This document shows positions 27,965-38,252 of a stretch of DNA of 64,000 nt, piece by piece. The DNA lies in the NCBI GenBank assembly GCA_051306005.1, contig JBPPMJ010000002.1:437-64436 (forward strand). Reading direction: 5' to 3'. Source of the DNA: Minisyncoccota bacterium (lineage in GTDB: Bacteria > Patescibacteriota > Minisyncoccia > Moranbacterales > UBA1568). Position numbers and translations under genes: made by a program. Within the stretch, counting starts at the first letter, position 1, and each line of letters opens with the position of its first letter. Under the pieces are notes generated by a model. That model was given only the letters and a program-made list of their open reading frames with translations. It was not told the origin of the DNA and made no database searches.

Positions 27965-29152
27965 ATGCAAAACAAAGTACCCCAAACAACCGTCGTAGCG
28001 ACACCTGTCACCCCTATGGATGAGTTGATCGCAAAACATGTCATTGATGTTCCAGAAATTGGTGAGGTTATCGCCGGGACGGTCATCTATGTAGCTTCCA
28101 GCTCTGCCCTCATCGATCTTGGCCCACTCGGTACCGGTATTGTACTCGGCAAAGAAATGCGTGATGGTCTCGGTCCACAAGGAAAACTCAAAGTCGGTAG
28201 TGCCGTTACCGCCACTCTGGTTGACTATGAAAATGAAGATGGCTACATCGAACTTTCTATCCGTGAGGCTTCCTATGAGAAATCATGGGACGACATCGAA
28301 CACAAAATGACAAACCGGGAAGTGGTAACAACCAAGGTTATAGAAGCCAATAAAGGCGGTTTGATGATTGAGGTGAATGGTATTATGGGTTTCTTACCGG
28401 TATCACAACTCTCCAATGAGCATTATCCTCGTGTAGAGGACGGAGACAAAAACAAGATTCTTGATCTATTGAAGAAACTGATCGGGCAAGAAGTGCACGT
28501 GCGAATTTTGGATGCTGATCGGGAAAATGAGAAGCTGATCGTTAGCGAAAAAGCGGCACAAAGCGAAAAAGAGCGTGTACTTATCAATATGCTTTCTGTT
28601 GGCGATGTGATACATGGCGAAGTCAGTGGGGTTGTTGATTTTGGTGCTTTCGTCAAGTTTGCTCCACCACAAAAAGAAGGTGATAAAAAGCTAGTTGAAA
28701 AACTAGAAGGATTGGTACATATTTCCGAACTTGCATGGCAACTAATCGATAATCCGCGTGAAATCATCAAGACTGGCGATACAGTCGATGCTAAAATCAT
28801 CGGTATTGAAGATACTCGTATCTCTCTATCTATGAAAGCGCTGAAAAAAGATCCTTGGACCGATATTCTGGATACATATCATGTAAATGATATCGTGCCT
28901 GGCAAAGTAGACAAACTCAATCATTTTGGTGCCTTTGTATATCTCAACAAGGACATCCATGGGTTGGCTCATGTAAGCGAGTTTCAAGAAGTATATCCAG
29001 GAAAAAAAATTGATGAAATCTTCAAAGAAGGTGAGACTTATTCCTGGAAAATCCTCTCCATCGAACCAAAGAGCCATCGTATGGGACTCTTACCAGTCAA
29101 AGAGGATATTGAGAATAAGTCGACAGCCAGTGCTGATGTGGTAACCGAGTAA
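27965..29152 (+). CDS. rpsA: 30S ribosomal protein S1 (multi-S1-domain)
   Basis: Repeated S1 motifs (GEVIAGTVIYV, GDVIHGEVSGVVDFGAFVKF, GKVDKLNHFGAFVYL). Start trimmed to MQNKVPQ. Confidence 0.8.
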   Translation: MQNKVPQTTVVATPVTPMDELIAKHVIDVPEIGEVIAGTVIYVASSSALIDLGPLGTGIVLGKEMRDGLGPQGKLKVGSAVTATLVDYENEDGYIELSIREASYEKSWDDIEHKMTNREVVTTKVIEANKGGLMIEVNGIMGFLPVSQLSNEHYPRVEDGDKNKILDLLKKLIGQEVHVRILDADRENEKLIVSEKAAQSEKERVLINMLSVGDVIHGEVSGVVDFGAFVKFAPPQKEGDKKLVEKLEGLVHISELAWQLIDNPREIIKTGDTVDAKIIGIEDTRISLSMKALKKDPWTDILDTYHVNDIVPGKVDKLNHFGAFVYLNKDIHGLAHVSEFQEVYPGKKIDEIFKEGETYSWKILSIEPKSHRMGLLPVKEDIENKSTASADVVTE

Positions 29153-29165
29153 CGAAACACGAAAA

Positions 29166-29195
29166 ACATCCTGCTCTGTCAGGATGTTTTGCTAC
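29166..29195 (+). terminator. Terminator-like hairpin after rpsA
   Basis: ACATCCTGctctgtCAGGATGT followed by tttgct (a weak T-run). Confidence 0.4.
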
Positions 29196-29219
29196 TTACT
29201 CATCCTCAACAAATATCCT

Positions 29220-29783
29220 ATGCAGAATATCTTTATCCTTTCCGGTCCATCAGGTGCTGGGGAAGATTCCATTATTGACGGACTCGCCAACAAACTCCCA
29301 TTGGAACGCATCATCACTACCGTCACCCGTGCACCTCGCGACAATGAGAGTGAAGGTGTTCCATATTATTTCGTTTCTTCTCAAGATTTTCAAACAAAAA
29401 TTGATAGAGGGGAAATGGCGGAGTATGCAAAACAATATAATGACCATTGGTATGGCGTCACAAAAACAGAACTCCACCGCATAGAACAATCCGGAAAAAT
29501 AGGCATCTGGAAAATCGATTACCAAGGGGTGATGACAGCGAAAGGGCTCTTTCCAGATATCATTGCTATCTTTATCATCGCGCCATTACCTATCATGGAA
29601 CAACGCCTGCGCACCCGGGATCATCTCACTGAAGAATACATTGCAGAACGTATGGCCTATACAAAAGAATGGCTCAACCACACTGATATTTATGACTACA
29701 CTGTCGAAAATGAGCAAGGCAAACTCAATGAAGCTATTGAAAAAGTCTCTGCTATCATCAAACAACACACTCATCGTGCATAA
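29220..29783 (+). CDS. gmk: Guanylate kinase
   Basis: GPSGAGEDSI P-loop, and the RAPRDNESEGVPYYFVS guanylate kinase signature. Confidence 0.85.
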   Translation: MQNIFILSGPSGAGEDSIIDGLANKLPLERIITTVTRAPRDNESEGVPYYFVSSQDFQTKIDRGEMAEYAKQYNDHWYGVTKTELHRIEQSGKIGIWKIDYQGVMTAKGLFPDIIAIFIIAPLPIMEQRLRTRDHLTEEYIAERMAYTKEWLNHTDIYDYTVENEQGKLNEAIEKVSAIIKQHTHRA

Positions 29784-30768
29784 AGCACGATATTCAAAAG
29801 ATACGCGTCGCTTTCTTCAAAGCGTACAGAGAACAGCGCGGAAATTTACACTTTGGGAGGATGGGGATTGTTTCGTTGTTGGGGTTTCTGGCGGTCCGGA
29901 CAGTGTCTGTTTGTTGGATGTTCTGATGAAACTTGCATCAAAACACCGCTTTACTCTCCACATAGCTCACGTTAATTATCATCTGCGTGGTCAGGCATCT
30001 GATGCAGATGAGATATTTGTCCGTTCTCTTGCTACACATTACCATCTTCCTTTCACTGTTTTGTCTGTCAAAAAAACTCTTCATGCAACCTCTGAAGCAA
30101 AAATGCGCGATATCCGCTATGCATTTTTTGAAAAAGTACGTAAAAAAATCGGGGCTCAATCTATTGTCGTGGGGCACCACCTGGATGATCAAGCGGAAAC
30201 ACTACTCTTACGCCTCATGCGCGGATCAGGACTCTCTGGTCTTGCGGGTATGCGTCCCAAAAATGAACGGCTGATTCGCCCACTGATTGAAATAAGTCGC
30301 AAAGACATTCTCACTTATATTAAAACAGTTGGAATCACCTTTCATACTGATGAAAGTAACACTGATCAACGTTATATGCGTAATCGCATTCGCCATACGC
30401 TTCTTCCTTTCCTAGAAACCGAATTTCAACCGCAAATTAGAAAAATCCTTGCTGAAACAGCTCTTTTACTAGGTGTGGACTCCACGCTTTTTGAACAATA
30501 CTCTCATCCCCTACCAATCACATATAATGCACATCTCAACGAATGGACATTCTCACGTCATACGCTTCTTGCTCTACCCGATCCTCTTATCACGCATGAA
30601 CTCCGAAGATTATTACGGCCATTTCTTTCACAAAAAAATCCCACCAAACACTTGCTAGCAGAAATCATACAACTTCTCAAAAGTGAGAAAAATAAAGCGC
30701 AAACACTCACTTTTCAGGGGTTGAAAGTAATCCGCAAAGGTGATATAGTGAGATTGTTTCGCCATTAA
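29776..30768 (+). CDS. tilS: tRNA(Ile)-lysidine synthetase
   Basis: PP-loop VVGVSGGPDSVCLLDVL; the start is probably GTG at 29776, overlapping the gmk stop by 8 nt. Confidence 0.8.
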   Translation: MHKARYSKDTRRFLQSVQRTARKFTLWEDGDCFVVGVSGGPDSVCLLDVLMKLASKHRFTLHIAHVNYHLRGQASDADEIFVRSLATHYHLPFTVLSVKKTLHATSEAKMRDIRYAFFEKVRKKIGAQSIVVGHHLDDQAETLLLRLMRGSGLSGLAGMRPKNERLIRPLIEISRKDILTYIKTVGITFHTDESNTDQRYMRNRIRHTLLPFLETEFQPQIRKILAETALLLGVDSTLFEQYSHPLPITYNAHLNEWTFSRHTLLALPDPLITHELRRLLRPFLSQKNPTKHLLAEIIQLLKSEKNKAQTLTFQGLKVIRKGDIVRLFRH

Positions 30769-30793
30769 CGGATAATTTCGATACAATATACTT

Positions 30794-32629
30794 ATGAACC
30801 AAATACTCAAAAACCTGTCCAGTATTCTGTTGATATTCTTTATTATTTCTGGCATCATCATTCTGTATCAGAAACCAACCGATAAGCCGGTAGATGTTTC
30901 ATTAAGTGAGCTAGTGGGAGAAATCAACCAAGGGAGTGTCAGTAAGATTGTGGTGCAAAATAATGATCTGAGTATTGAGCTTCATGATGGCAAAAAACAG
31001 CGAACGAGTAAAGAACCTCAAAGCTCTCTCACAGAAACACTTACTAATTATGGTGTTGAGAAAGAAAAACTCAACAACGTTTTTCTTACAGTCAAGGAAG
31101 ATTCTGGTGCTAGTTTTTGGTTAGCAGCTATCCTCCCTATTCTCTTGCCATTTCTTTTGATTGGCGCTTTCATCTGGTTTATGATGCGTCAAGCACAGCG
31201 TGGTAATTCTCAAGCGCTTTCTTTTGGAACAAGTCGGGCGCGAATGATTGATCCAAAGGACAAGAAGAAACGTGTAACCTTTGCGGATGTTGTCGGTGCT
31301 GAAGAAACAAAAAATGAGCTTGAAGAGGTGGTGGAGTTTTTGAAACACCCAAAGAAGTTCCTCAATATGGGAGCAAAGATTCCTAAAGGCGTTTTATTGC
31401 TCGGTCCGCCTGGAACAGGGAAGACATTGATGGCCAAAGCAGTGGCTGGTGAAGCAGGCGTACCTTTTTTCAATATCAGCGGTTCTGAGTTCGTGGAAAT
31501 GTTTGTTGGTGTTGGGGCAAGTCGTGTGCGCGATCTCTTCAAACAAGCGAAAAAAAATGCACCTGCTATTGTCTTTATAGATGAAATCGATGCTGTAGGA
31601 CGTCAACGTGGTACTGGGCTTGGGGGTGGACATGATGAGCGTGAACAGACTCTCAATCAAATTTTAGTTGAAATGGATGGGTTTGAGACAGACCTTAGTG
31701 TTATCGTCATCGCTGCCACTAATCGTCCGGATGTATTAGATCCAGCACTACTTCGTCCGGGACGCTTCGATCGTCGTGTCACTATGGACCTCCCAGACAT
31801 CAATGAACGCGAACAAATTCTGGTTGTTCACAGCAAAAACAAACCTTTGGAAAAAACAGTGACGTTGCGTACCATCGCAGAACGAACTCCAGGATTTTCT
31901 GGCGCTGATCTTGCCAATCTACTCAATGAAGGAGCCATCCTCGCTACCAGACGAAATCGCAAAACAATCAGCATCGATGAACTTACTGAATCTATCGAAA
32001 AAGTCATTCTCGGTCCTGAACGACGTGGACGTGCTATCAACACTAAAGAACGGGAAATAATCGCTTACCATGAAGGTGGCCACGCGCTCGTGGGGGCTAG
32101 TCTGCCATACGCGGATCCAGTCCAAAAAGTGTCCATAATTTCGCGTGGTCATGCTGGTGGCTATACCTTGTCAGTCCCTTCCGAAGACAAAAGCCTCCAT
32201 TCACATAATTATTTCTTGGATGAATTGGCAGTATTTCTTGGAGGCTATGCGAGTGAAAAAATGGTCTTTGGCGATATCACGACCGGTCCCTCTAATGACC
32301 TTGAGCGTGCGACGCAAATGGCGCGACAAATGGTGACTCGCTATGGTATGAGTAAACTTGGTGCCCGTACATTTGGCAAAAAAACAGAGATGGTTTTTCT
32401 CGGTAAGGATATGCATGAAGAACGTGATTATTCAGAAAAAACTGCACAAGATATTGATGTTGAGATCTCTCTTTTTATTGAGCAGGCTTTTCAGCGTGCG
32501 ACGAATATTCTCACAACAAAACGGGATGTCTTGAATCGGATTGCCCAAGCATTATTAGAAAAAGAAACTTTGGAAAAAGAGGCCTTTGACGCCATTGTCA
32601 ATGCACCATCAACGACAGAAAAGGGCTAA
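30794..32629 (+). CDS. ftsH: ATP-dependent zinc metalloprotease FtsH
   Basis: Walker A GPPGTGKT, the SRH, the HEGGHA zinc motif, two N-terminal TMs, and 611 aa. Confidence 0.95.
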   Translation: MNQILKNLSSILLIFFIISGIIILYQKPTDKPVDVSLSELVGEINQGSVSKIVVQNNDLSIELHDGKKQRTSKEPQSSLTETLTNYGVEKEKLNNVFLTVKEDSGASFWLAAILPILLPFLLIGAFIWFMMRQAQRGNSQALSFGTSRARMIDPKDKKKRVTFADVVGAEETKNELEEVVEFLKHPKKFLNMGAKIPKGVLLLGPPGTGKTLMAKAVAGEAGVPFFNISGSEFVEMFVGVGASRVRDLFKQAKKNAPAIVFIDEIDAVGRQRGTGLGGGHDEREQTLNQILVEMDGFETDLSVIVIAATNRPDVLDPALLRPGRFDRRVTMDLPDINEREQILVVHSKNKPLEKTVTLRTIAERTPGFSGADLANLLNEGAILATRRNRKTISIDELTESIEKVILGPERRGRAINTKEREIIAYHEGGHALVGASLPYADPVQKVSIISRGHAGGYTLSVPSEDKSLHSHNYFLDELAVFLGGYASEKMVFGDITTGPSNDLERATQMARQMVTRYGMSKLGARTFGKKTEMVFLGKDMHEERDYSEKTAQDIDVEISLFIEQAFQRATNILTTKRDVLNRIAQALLEKETLEKEAFDAIVNAPSTTEKG

Positions 32630-32637
32630 TTGCTGAA

Positions 32638-33555
32638 ATGTGCTTCGTTATGCAAAAACTTTCTTTCCATACTATTTGCCAAGAAGCATGGAAAGTTTCT
32701 TGGCAAAAAAAAATACACTGGATTTTTGCGTTACTTATTGGAATAGTAAGTATTATCAGTAATACCCTCAGTGAGCACTATGTTTTGCTATCCGGTGATA
32801 CCCCTCCAGTTATCATTCCGACACAACACTCTCTCTCTTTGTGGTTGTTGATTTTATGCGGATTGACCATCTTATTCATTATCAATGTCTTTGGAAAAGG
32901 AAACTTGATTGCATCACTTGCCTTTATAGCAGGGAGGAAACATATCACCAATTACCCGAATACTCGTCATAACATCTGGTTGAATTTCCGTTATACGCTA
33001 TTACTGGAAATAACCCTGATAGGAATATTTTTGATGATTATCGGCACTCTTTCTATTCCTTTTTTGATAGCCATATCATCTAACCCAGATGTTATACCTA
33101 TTTTAGCCCTAGTAAGTATACTTACATTATTACCCATACTCACGGTTCTCTTCTTTCTCAGACAATATGCATTGTATTATCTTCTCCTTTCTCCGCTCGG
33201 TTTTAATGCTGCACTTGAAGCGGGTATGACACTGTTTGTACGTCATAGCTTACATAGCCTCATTTTTGGTTTCTTGACTCTCCTTATTTCATTTCTCTTT
33301 ACTTTTTTCTTAAATCTGATTATTCTGAGTATCAGCGCTTTGACAAACGCTTTGTCATTAACGTTCATAGAAACAGGTATAATCATGCTGATAGGATGGC
33401 TTGCTCTCTCTTGGTTTTCTCTTTTTTCTCAAGCGCTATGGCTCAGTTTTTTTAAACACATCGCGATGAATAACAGTGATCCACTCACGGAAACAAGCAC
33501 CAAAGAAGAGTATGCCATTACAGACCAGGTATCAGAAATTCCACCACTTGTATAA
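32638..33555 (+). CDS. Hypothetical multi-pass membrane protein
   Basis: At least 6 predicted TM helices. No motif recognised. Confidence 0.4.
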   Translation: MCFVMQKLSFHTICQEAWKVSWQKKIHWIFALLIGIVSIISNTLSEHYVLLSGDTPPVIIPTQHSLSLWLLILCGLTILFIINVFGKGNLIASLAFIAGRKHITNYPNTRHNIWLNFRYTLLLEITLIGIFLMIIGTLSIPFLIAISSNPDVIPILALVSILTLLPILTVLFFLRQYALYYLLLSPLGFNAALEAGMTLFVRHSLHSLIFGFLTLLISFLFTFFLNLIILSISALTNALSLTFIETGIIMLIGWLALSWFSLFSQALWLSFFKHIAMNNSDPLTETSTKEEYAITDQVSEIPPLV

Positions 33556-33575
33556 CAAATCAAATGGTTATAATC

Positions 33576-33652
33576 GGACAATTAGCTCAGTTGGTTAGAG
33601 CGCTACATTGACATTGTAGAGGTCACTGGTTCGAGTCCAGTATTGTCCACCA
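33576..33652 (+). tRNA. tRNA-Val (anticodon GAC), CCA encoded
   Basis: GGACAAT-ta-GCTC-agttggtta-GAGC-g-CTACA-ttGACat-TGTAG-aggtc-ACTGG-ttcgagt-CCAGT-ATTGTCC-a-cca. Confidence 0.85.
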
Positions 33653-33799
33653 AACGAAACATTGTCGGAATTAAGAATATGGAGCGATTTTGCAGAAGCC
33701 AAAATCGCGCTATCAATTTCTGTTTGAAAAAGGTTCACGCAAATACTCAAATAACACTCCACCAAGATAGAGAAATCTTTTATACCTCGAAGTATATTT

Positions 33800-34843
33800 T
33801 TATCTGCTTTGAAACGGACTTGGTGGTGCTGGAGCGACGGAATTCGTTGTGACACTAGAACGTTGCACAGTGTCAAGAATAATGGGACCAGCAGGACCAA
33901 GCTCACGCACAGAATTGTTGATAGTCTGATCAATTGGACGATTCACGCTATTATACTCTCTACGAATTATTGATTCCGCCTGACCAACCCCTCCCTGTAC
34001 TAGATTGGTAACCATTTTATTTGCCACACCAGCAACAACGCCGGAAAGAAATTCCGATGGATGAGAAGCATTCGCAATAATTTTATTGCCTAAATCCTGC
34101 ACATTATTTAATGTCGCCTCAATGGATCCGGCCGGAGTAATCACCTTTCCTTCGCGACGTGCTCCGAGAAAGCCGGAGGATTGCGCTTCTACCATGGCAA
34201 TATTTTGTGCACGTTCCAACTCGGCATCATGCACCATTCGCGCTTGTAAAGCATATCCAAATGGATTATTAGCAGGATTAGAAATAAAGGCATTAAACGC
34301 GCGCCAGTCCCCCTCGGCAAACATAGCCTCAGGACTTGACGTGTATTCATCCAAATTAACAGCATAAATGTTATTTTGAATCGATTGACGCCCCACAGTC
34401 TCCAGATACCCAGCATAATTTCCCTGCAAATCATCCGTGCTACCAACACCGACATAATTTGAAGATGAAGATTTACCACGTGTTGTCAAGGTAAAAAAAT
34501 CATTCATATACAAGTCTGCTCGTTGAGCCGGTCCCTGATACAAGAAATCATCGTAGTCGGTAATAAATAATGGTCGTCCGTTCAATCCACCACCGATCAA
34601 CTGACTGACTTGGCCTTCCAGTGCCTGGATAGCTGCCACTTTTAAAGATCCAAGAAGTGCACCGTCGATACCGCGCTGTATGACTTCCAATTTAAAAGAC
34701 ATCAGAGCTGCAGCGGTAGGTTCACCCCAAGCACCGGCCTCCGCTATTGGTATGGCTGTACAAAATATCCGCATCATAAAAATACTCCCCAGAGCAACGA
34801 TGGATATATTTTTTATTTTTCTTAGAGGAGAAATTACTCGCAT
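33800..34843 (-). CDS. Hypothetical secreted protein
   Basis: N-terminal signal peptide. Gly/Ser/Asn-rich. No recognisable domain. Confidence 0.4.
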   Translation of the reverse strand: MRVISPLRKIKNISIVALGSIFMMRIFCTAIPIAEAGAWGEPTAAALMSFKLEVIQRGIDGALLGSLKVAAIQALEGQVSQLIGGGLNGRPLFITDYDDFLYQGPAQRADLYMNDFFTLTTRGKSSSSNYVGVGSTDDLQGNYAGYLETVGRQSIQNNIYAVNLDEYTSSPEAMFAEGDWRAFNAFISNPANNPFGYALQARMVHDAELERAQNIAMVEAQSSGFLGARREGKVITPAGSIEATLNNVQDLGNKIIANASHPSEFLSGVVAGVANKMVTNLVQGGVGQAESIIRREYNSVNRPIDQTINNSVRELGPAGPIILDTVQRSSVTTNSVAPAPPSPFQSR

Positions 34844-34857
34844 ACTTCATCAAAATA

Positions 34858-35844
34858 CTATAGATTCAAAGGGATTTGTTCAATACCATAGTCTACGAAT
34901 CTTTTATGCACTTCTTGTATAAAGATGCCCGTGGAACTCAGGAGGCCTTGCATCTTGGCAAGCACAGAAATTTGTCGAAGTGGGTCATTTTCAACGGATT
35001 GTAATTCATCCTTTATTTGTATGAGGTATTGCGTCATTTGCAGTGCCTTCACATGCATATCTAACATATTTTCTGGTACCTCAACATCTTGTAATTCTTC
35101 TAAAATCTTTTTACCTCGTTCGGAAAGTTGTTCGATATAATTAAAATCTCCAGATAATAATGCAGAAATTGATTCATTGGAAATAGTCGTCAAGACACTG
35201 TCCAGGCCACTCTCATCTTGAAAGGTGTTCGGCGAGTTATTTGCCATAATATAGGATATGACAGTGAGATATTCGATCGTATAGCTCCGTTCCTGCTCTT
35301 TCCGGTCCTTATCTTTCAAATGTTTTGATAATTTCTTTATCTTGATAGACTTGATATCCACCTCAGGCAATACCACGTCCGTTGCCTGTGCATTCAGCAC
35401 TTTTTGTACCGAAGCATTAACTGCATCCAGAGAAACTTCCTGATTATTTGTATCTGTATTTTTTAAGATATGCACAATTTCATCAGAAACTTGTTGCGTC
35501 AAATTTTCAGAGCCATTGGTTACTGTACGAACATTTTCCAAAGGTACAGAAGTGGTAACCTTGTCCCCAGGTGCGGGCTTTAAAGGATCATATCCACTTC
35601 CCACCTCTACCCCATCACTATATCCATCACCATCCGTATCTTTGACAAAACTATCAGTGCCGTATAATTTTTCTTCATCATTACTTAATCCATCCTGATC
35701 CGAATCTTGAAAAATATTTTTTCCAGAAATATTTTCGTCTGCAAAAGCAAAACAAGCTACACTCAATAATAAAAGCGTGCAAAAAATCAAAAAGGAAATT
35801 CGAGTATTTTTCTCAGAAAAGGACAACGCTGAAACATTCCACAT
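34858..35844 (-). CDS. Secreted protein with thrombospondin-type-3-like calcium-binding repeats
   Basis: Signal peptide, then DSDQDGLSNDEE...DTDGDGYSDGVE (DxDxDG repeats). Confidence 0.45.
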   Translation of the reverse strand: MWNVSALSFSEKNTRISFLIFCTLLLLSVACFAFADENISGKNIFQDSDQDGLSNDEEKLYGTDSFVKDTDGDGYSDGVEVGSGYDPLKPAPGDKVTTSVPLENVRTVTNGSENLTQQVSDEIVHILKNTDTNNQEVSLDAVNASVQKVLNAQATDVVLPEVDIKSIKIKKLSKHLKDKDRKEQERSYTIEYLTVISYIMANNSPNTFQDESGLDSVLTTISNESISALLSGDFNYIEQLSERGKKILEELQDVEVPENMLDMHVKALQMTQYLIQIKDELQSVENDPLRQISVLAKMQGLLSSTGIFIQEVHKRFVDYGIEQIPLNL

Positions 35845-36256
35845 ATTTTTTCTTTTTATATGTTTGAATTATAACATATTTATTGATACATGCCAGACAC
35901 ATGGATCTATATATTCAGTTACCACATTAATTCAAAAAAGCGACCTGTACAATATTAGCTATGGTAATGGTCTTATAGTAAGATATCTCTATTATTTGAT
36001 AGCCATCTTACATATTCTACTTTCTCTTATCCCTATACAGATTCACAAAATAACTCAGTATCTTTTCTTATTCCTAACTCCACTGTATTATTTTTTAATT
36101 GACTTATTTAAAGTTTTATGTTATAATATCATTTCCTTACAACAACAATACCTAATATAAGCCAAAACATCAATTGCCCCTGTTGTATATCCCAAAAATA
36201 ATGGTCCAACAACATACCAGGGGTAATCGCTATCAGAAGAGATTGTGCCAAAAAAC

Positions 36257-37822
36257 TCAATATTTTCGTTTTCTGTCTTTCCTGCATCTCGTCTGATAGT
36301 CTGCTTTGTTCCACGTGGAACATTTTCGTATTTCTTTTGGAATTGTTCCACGTGGAACAAAGAAACCATACCAAATAACCATAAAAAAGAAAAAGAGAAA
36401 TGCTAATAGACCTATAATGCCTGTTTCAGCGAAAATTAAGAGTAAAACATTGTGAATAGGTTGATATTGCCATTCTAATAACTGCTCTGAAAAAAATAAT
36501 TGCATAGTCAAAACATATTGTCCTATGCCCACTCCCTGAAAAAAAACTTCTTGAGAAATCTTGGAAAGTGACTTGATGTAAAAAATGCGCTCTGTTAAAG
36601 GTTGTATTAAAAGATATATTGGATCACTCAATAACCAGAGAGCGCTTATGAAAATAACACTCCCTATAAAAAAGTAATGTTCCACGTGGAACATTTTTTG
36701 GAATCTTTGGTGGAAGAGTAGTATTTTTCCATAAATGTTCCACGTGGAACATTTATTAAAAATTTGAACAGTAAAAGAAAAGGATGTTCCACGTGGAACA
36801 TTTTTTGGAATCTTTGGTGGAAGAGTAGTATTTTTCCATAAATGTTCCACGTGGAACATTTTTTGTAAACAAAACAAGAAGTACAACATACCAAGAAAAT
36901 AGCCTATTAAAGCAGATTTAGAGAAACTTATACATAAACCAGCTAGTTGCACAAAAAGAATTCCTCGATATAACCATTTATGTTCCACGTGGAACATTTG
37001 AGAAAATAATAAACGGTACGCAAAGGTCATTAGTAGTGCTAAAGCCATAAAACCACCAAAAATATTCGGATGCGGAAAAAAGGCATAGCCACGAATAAAA
37101 ACATCCCCATTAAGTATTATCTTGGCAATTCCTGGTTTATCAGGCGCAAGAATACTTTCATGAAAAAAAGTAATGCCCAAAGATCTTTGATACAGAAACT
37201 GTAATACACCTATAAATGACTGTATTAAAGCAGAAAAAATAATGGATGTCATAATGATACGATAAATGTTCCACGTGGAACATTTATTCAAAATTTGAAC
37301 GATTAAAGAAAGGAATGTTCCACGTGGAACATAATTTATTGTACATTTCTTATGTTCCACGTGGAACATAAGAATACTTTTATCCAATGTTCCATGTGGA
37401 ACATTGGATAAAAGTATATAAACATAGAGTCCATAACCTTCTAGAATGTGTAGCCAAGCTGAAAAAGCCAACGGAATGCTTTCTGACCAAAAAATAGATG
37501 TTGCTGACCATACTAGAAAAAAGATAGGCATCATTAATGGTAGAAATAAATGTTCCACGTGGAACATTCTTCTCCAGTATTCTATTGACAAAATATATCT
37601 TTTATTGTTTATTATGAATAATAGGATAGTGGATAAAAGGAGAATATCAGAAAGATATATTGAAATATCTTTATATTCATTAAATGTACCCGAAGAAGAA
37701 ACATTAATCAGTACTTTTCGCACAGAAAAAGGGAGTGAGAAAAGAAAAAGGATAAAAAGTATCCTGTGTCGCAAGAAATAATGTTGCGCTTGTTGAATTT
37801 GTAAAAAAGGAAGGAAAATCAT
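36257..37822 (-). CDS. O-antigen ligase (Wzy_C) family membrane protein carrying multiple in-frame palindromic-repeat insertions; intact versus pseudogene unresolved
   Basis: Wzy_C-like blocks ISFSKSALIGYFLGMLYF and HNVLLLIFAETGIIGLLAF are separated by repeat-derived peptides MFHVEH, NVPRGT and KCSTWNI (the three frames of ATGTTCCACGTGGAACAT). The ORF-track N-terminus (to 38014) runs antisense through tRNA-Ala, so I trimmed to the first Met beyond it. Confidence 0.5.
   Translation of the reverse strand: MIFLPFLQIQQAQHYFLRHRILFILFLFSLPFSVRKVLINVSSSGTFNEYKDISIYLSDILLLSTILLFIINNKRYILSIEYWRRMFHVEHLFLPLMMPIFFLVWSATSIFWSESIPLAFSAWLHILEGYGLYVYILLSNVPHGTLDKSILMFHVEHKKCTINYVPRGTFLSLIVQILNKCSTWNIYRIIMTSIIFSALIQSFIGVLQFLYQRSLGITFFHESILAPDKPGIAKIILNGDVFIRGYAFFPHPNIFGGFMALALLMTFAYRLLFSQMFHVEHKWLYRGILFVQLAGLCISFSKSALIGYFLGMLYFLFCLQKMFHVEHLWKNTTLPPKIPKNVPRGTSFSFTVQIFNKCSTWNIYGKILLFHQRFQKMFHVEHYFFIGSVIFISALWLLSDPIYLLIQPLTERIFYIKSLSKISQEVFFQGVGIGQYVLTMQLFFSEQLLEWQYQPIHNVLLLIFAETGIIGLLAFLFFFFMVIWYGFFVPRGTIPKEIRKCSTWNKADYQTRCRKDRKRKY
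36308..37565. repeat. Array of 12 copies of an 18-22 bp perfect palindrome (A)ATGTTCCACGTGGAACAT(T), 14-mer core GTTCCACGTGGAAC
   Basis: Core copies at 36308, 36345, 36679, 36737, 36786, 36843, 36982, 37268, 37307, 37344 and 37552, plus a CATG-centre variant at 37389 embedded in the 32-bp palindrome ttatccaatgttccatgtggaacattggataa. All lie inside one ORF. The palindrome is stop-free in all six frames. Confidence 0.9.
36678..36843. repeat. 108-bp tandem direct duplication inside the palindrome array (58-nt unit at 36678-36735 and 36786-36843)
   Basis: atgttccacgtggaacattttttggaatctttggtggaagagtagtatttttccataa occurs twice, separated by a 50-nt palindrome-containing spacer that itself resembles 37265-37322. 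Confidence 0.85.
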
Positions 37823-37924
37823 AAATATTTTTATAACAAAGCAGTTTGTACTACCATCAAGACGAAAGAGAGTCCATTGACGAATACCTAAAATAACCGT
37901 TATGATAAGAAAAAGGTGCGCAAA

Positions 37925-37997
37925 GGGCCGTTGGCGCAGTTGGTAGCGCGCCTCCATGGCATGGAGGAGGTCGCCGGTTCGAATCCGGCACGGTCCA
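37925..37997 (+). tRNA. tRNA-Ala (anticodon GGC), no encoded CCA
   Basis: Acceptor GGGCCGT with the G3:U70 Ala identity pair; anticodon stem-loop CCTCC-atGGCat-GGAGG; T-arm GCCGGTTCGAATCCGGC. Confidence 0.85.
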
Positions 37998-38111
37998 CAC
38001 ATCAACTCTCTCATATACTGTCAAACATCGCAATCTTGATTACAACTTATTTAATCGTATTCCATTATAATAAAAAGTTTATTTTTACTAAAATATATCT
38101 TTGACATATCA

Positions 38112-38183
38112 GCCTCTATAGCTCAATGGATAGAGCTATCCCGTCCTAAGGGAGAGATGGGGGTTCAATTCCCTCTAGGGGCA
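38112..38183 (+). tRNA. tRNA-Arg (anticodon CCT)
   Basis: Acceptor GCCTCTA/TAGGGGC (with a G:U), anticodon loop gtCCTaa, T-loop TTCAATT. Confidence 0.8.
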
Positions 38184-38252
38184 CAACTGGTATACAGTAA
38201 AAGCTATTATTCAAAGAACTAGATAAAAATTTACCCATAAATTACAAAAATT

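Noticed and set aside
33595-33933. 112-aa minus-strand ORF overlapping tRNA-Val(GAC)
   Set aside because: It overlaps a well-folded tRNA and continues into the low-complexity 3' UTR of the neighbouring gene. No coding signal.
36308-37565. Regularly recurring identical short repeats: is this a CRISPR array?
   Set aside because: The repeats are perfect palindromes of 18-20 bp (CRISPR repeats are 24-48 bp and only partially palindromic). Spacings are irregular, from 37 to 320 bp. The intervening sequence is coding Wzy_C sequence in one continuous ORF. No cas genes are nearby.
36664-37781. Additional ORFs across the palindrome region (36664-36894 minus, 37446-37781 plus)
   Set aside because: They exist only because the palindrome lacks stop codons in all six frames. 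They carry no non-repeat protein-like sequence, unlike the Wzy_C frame.
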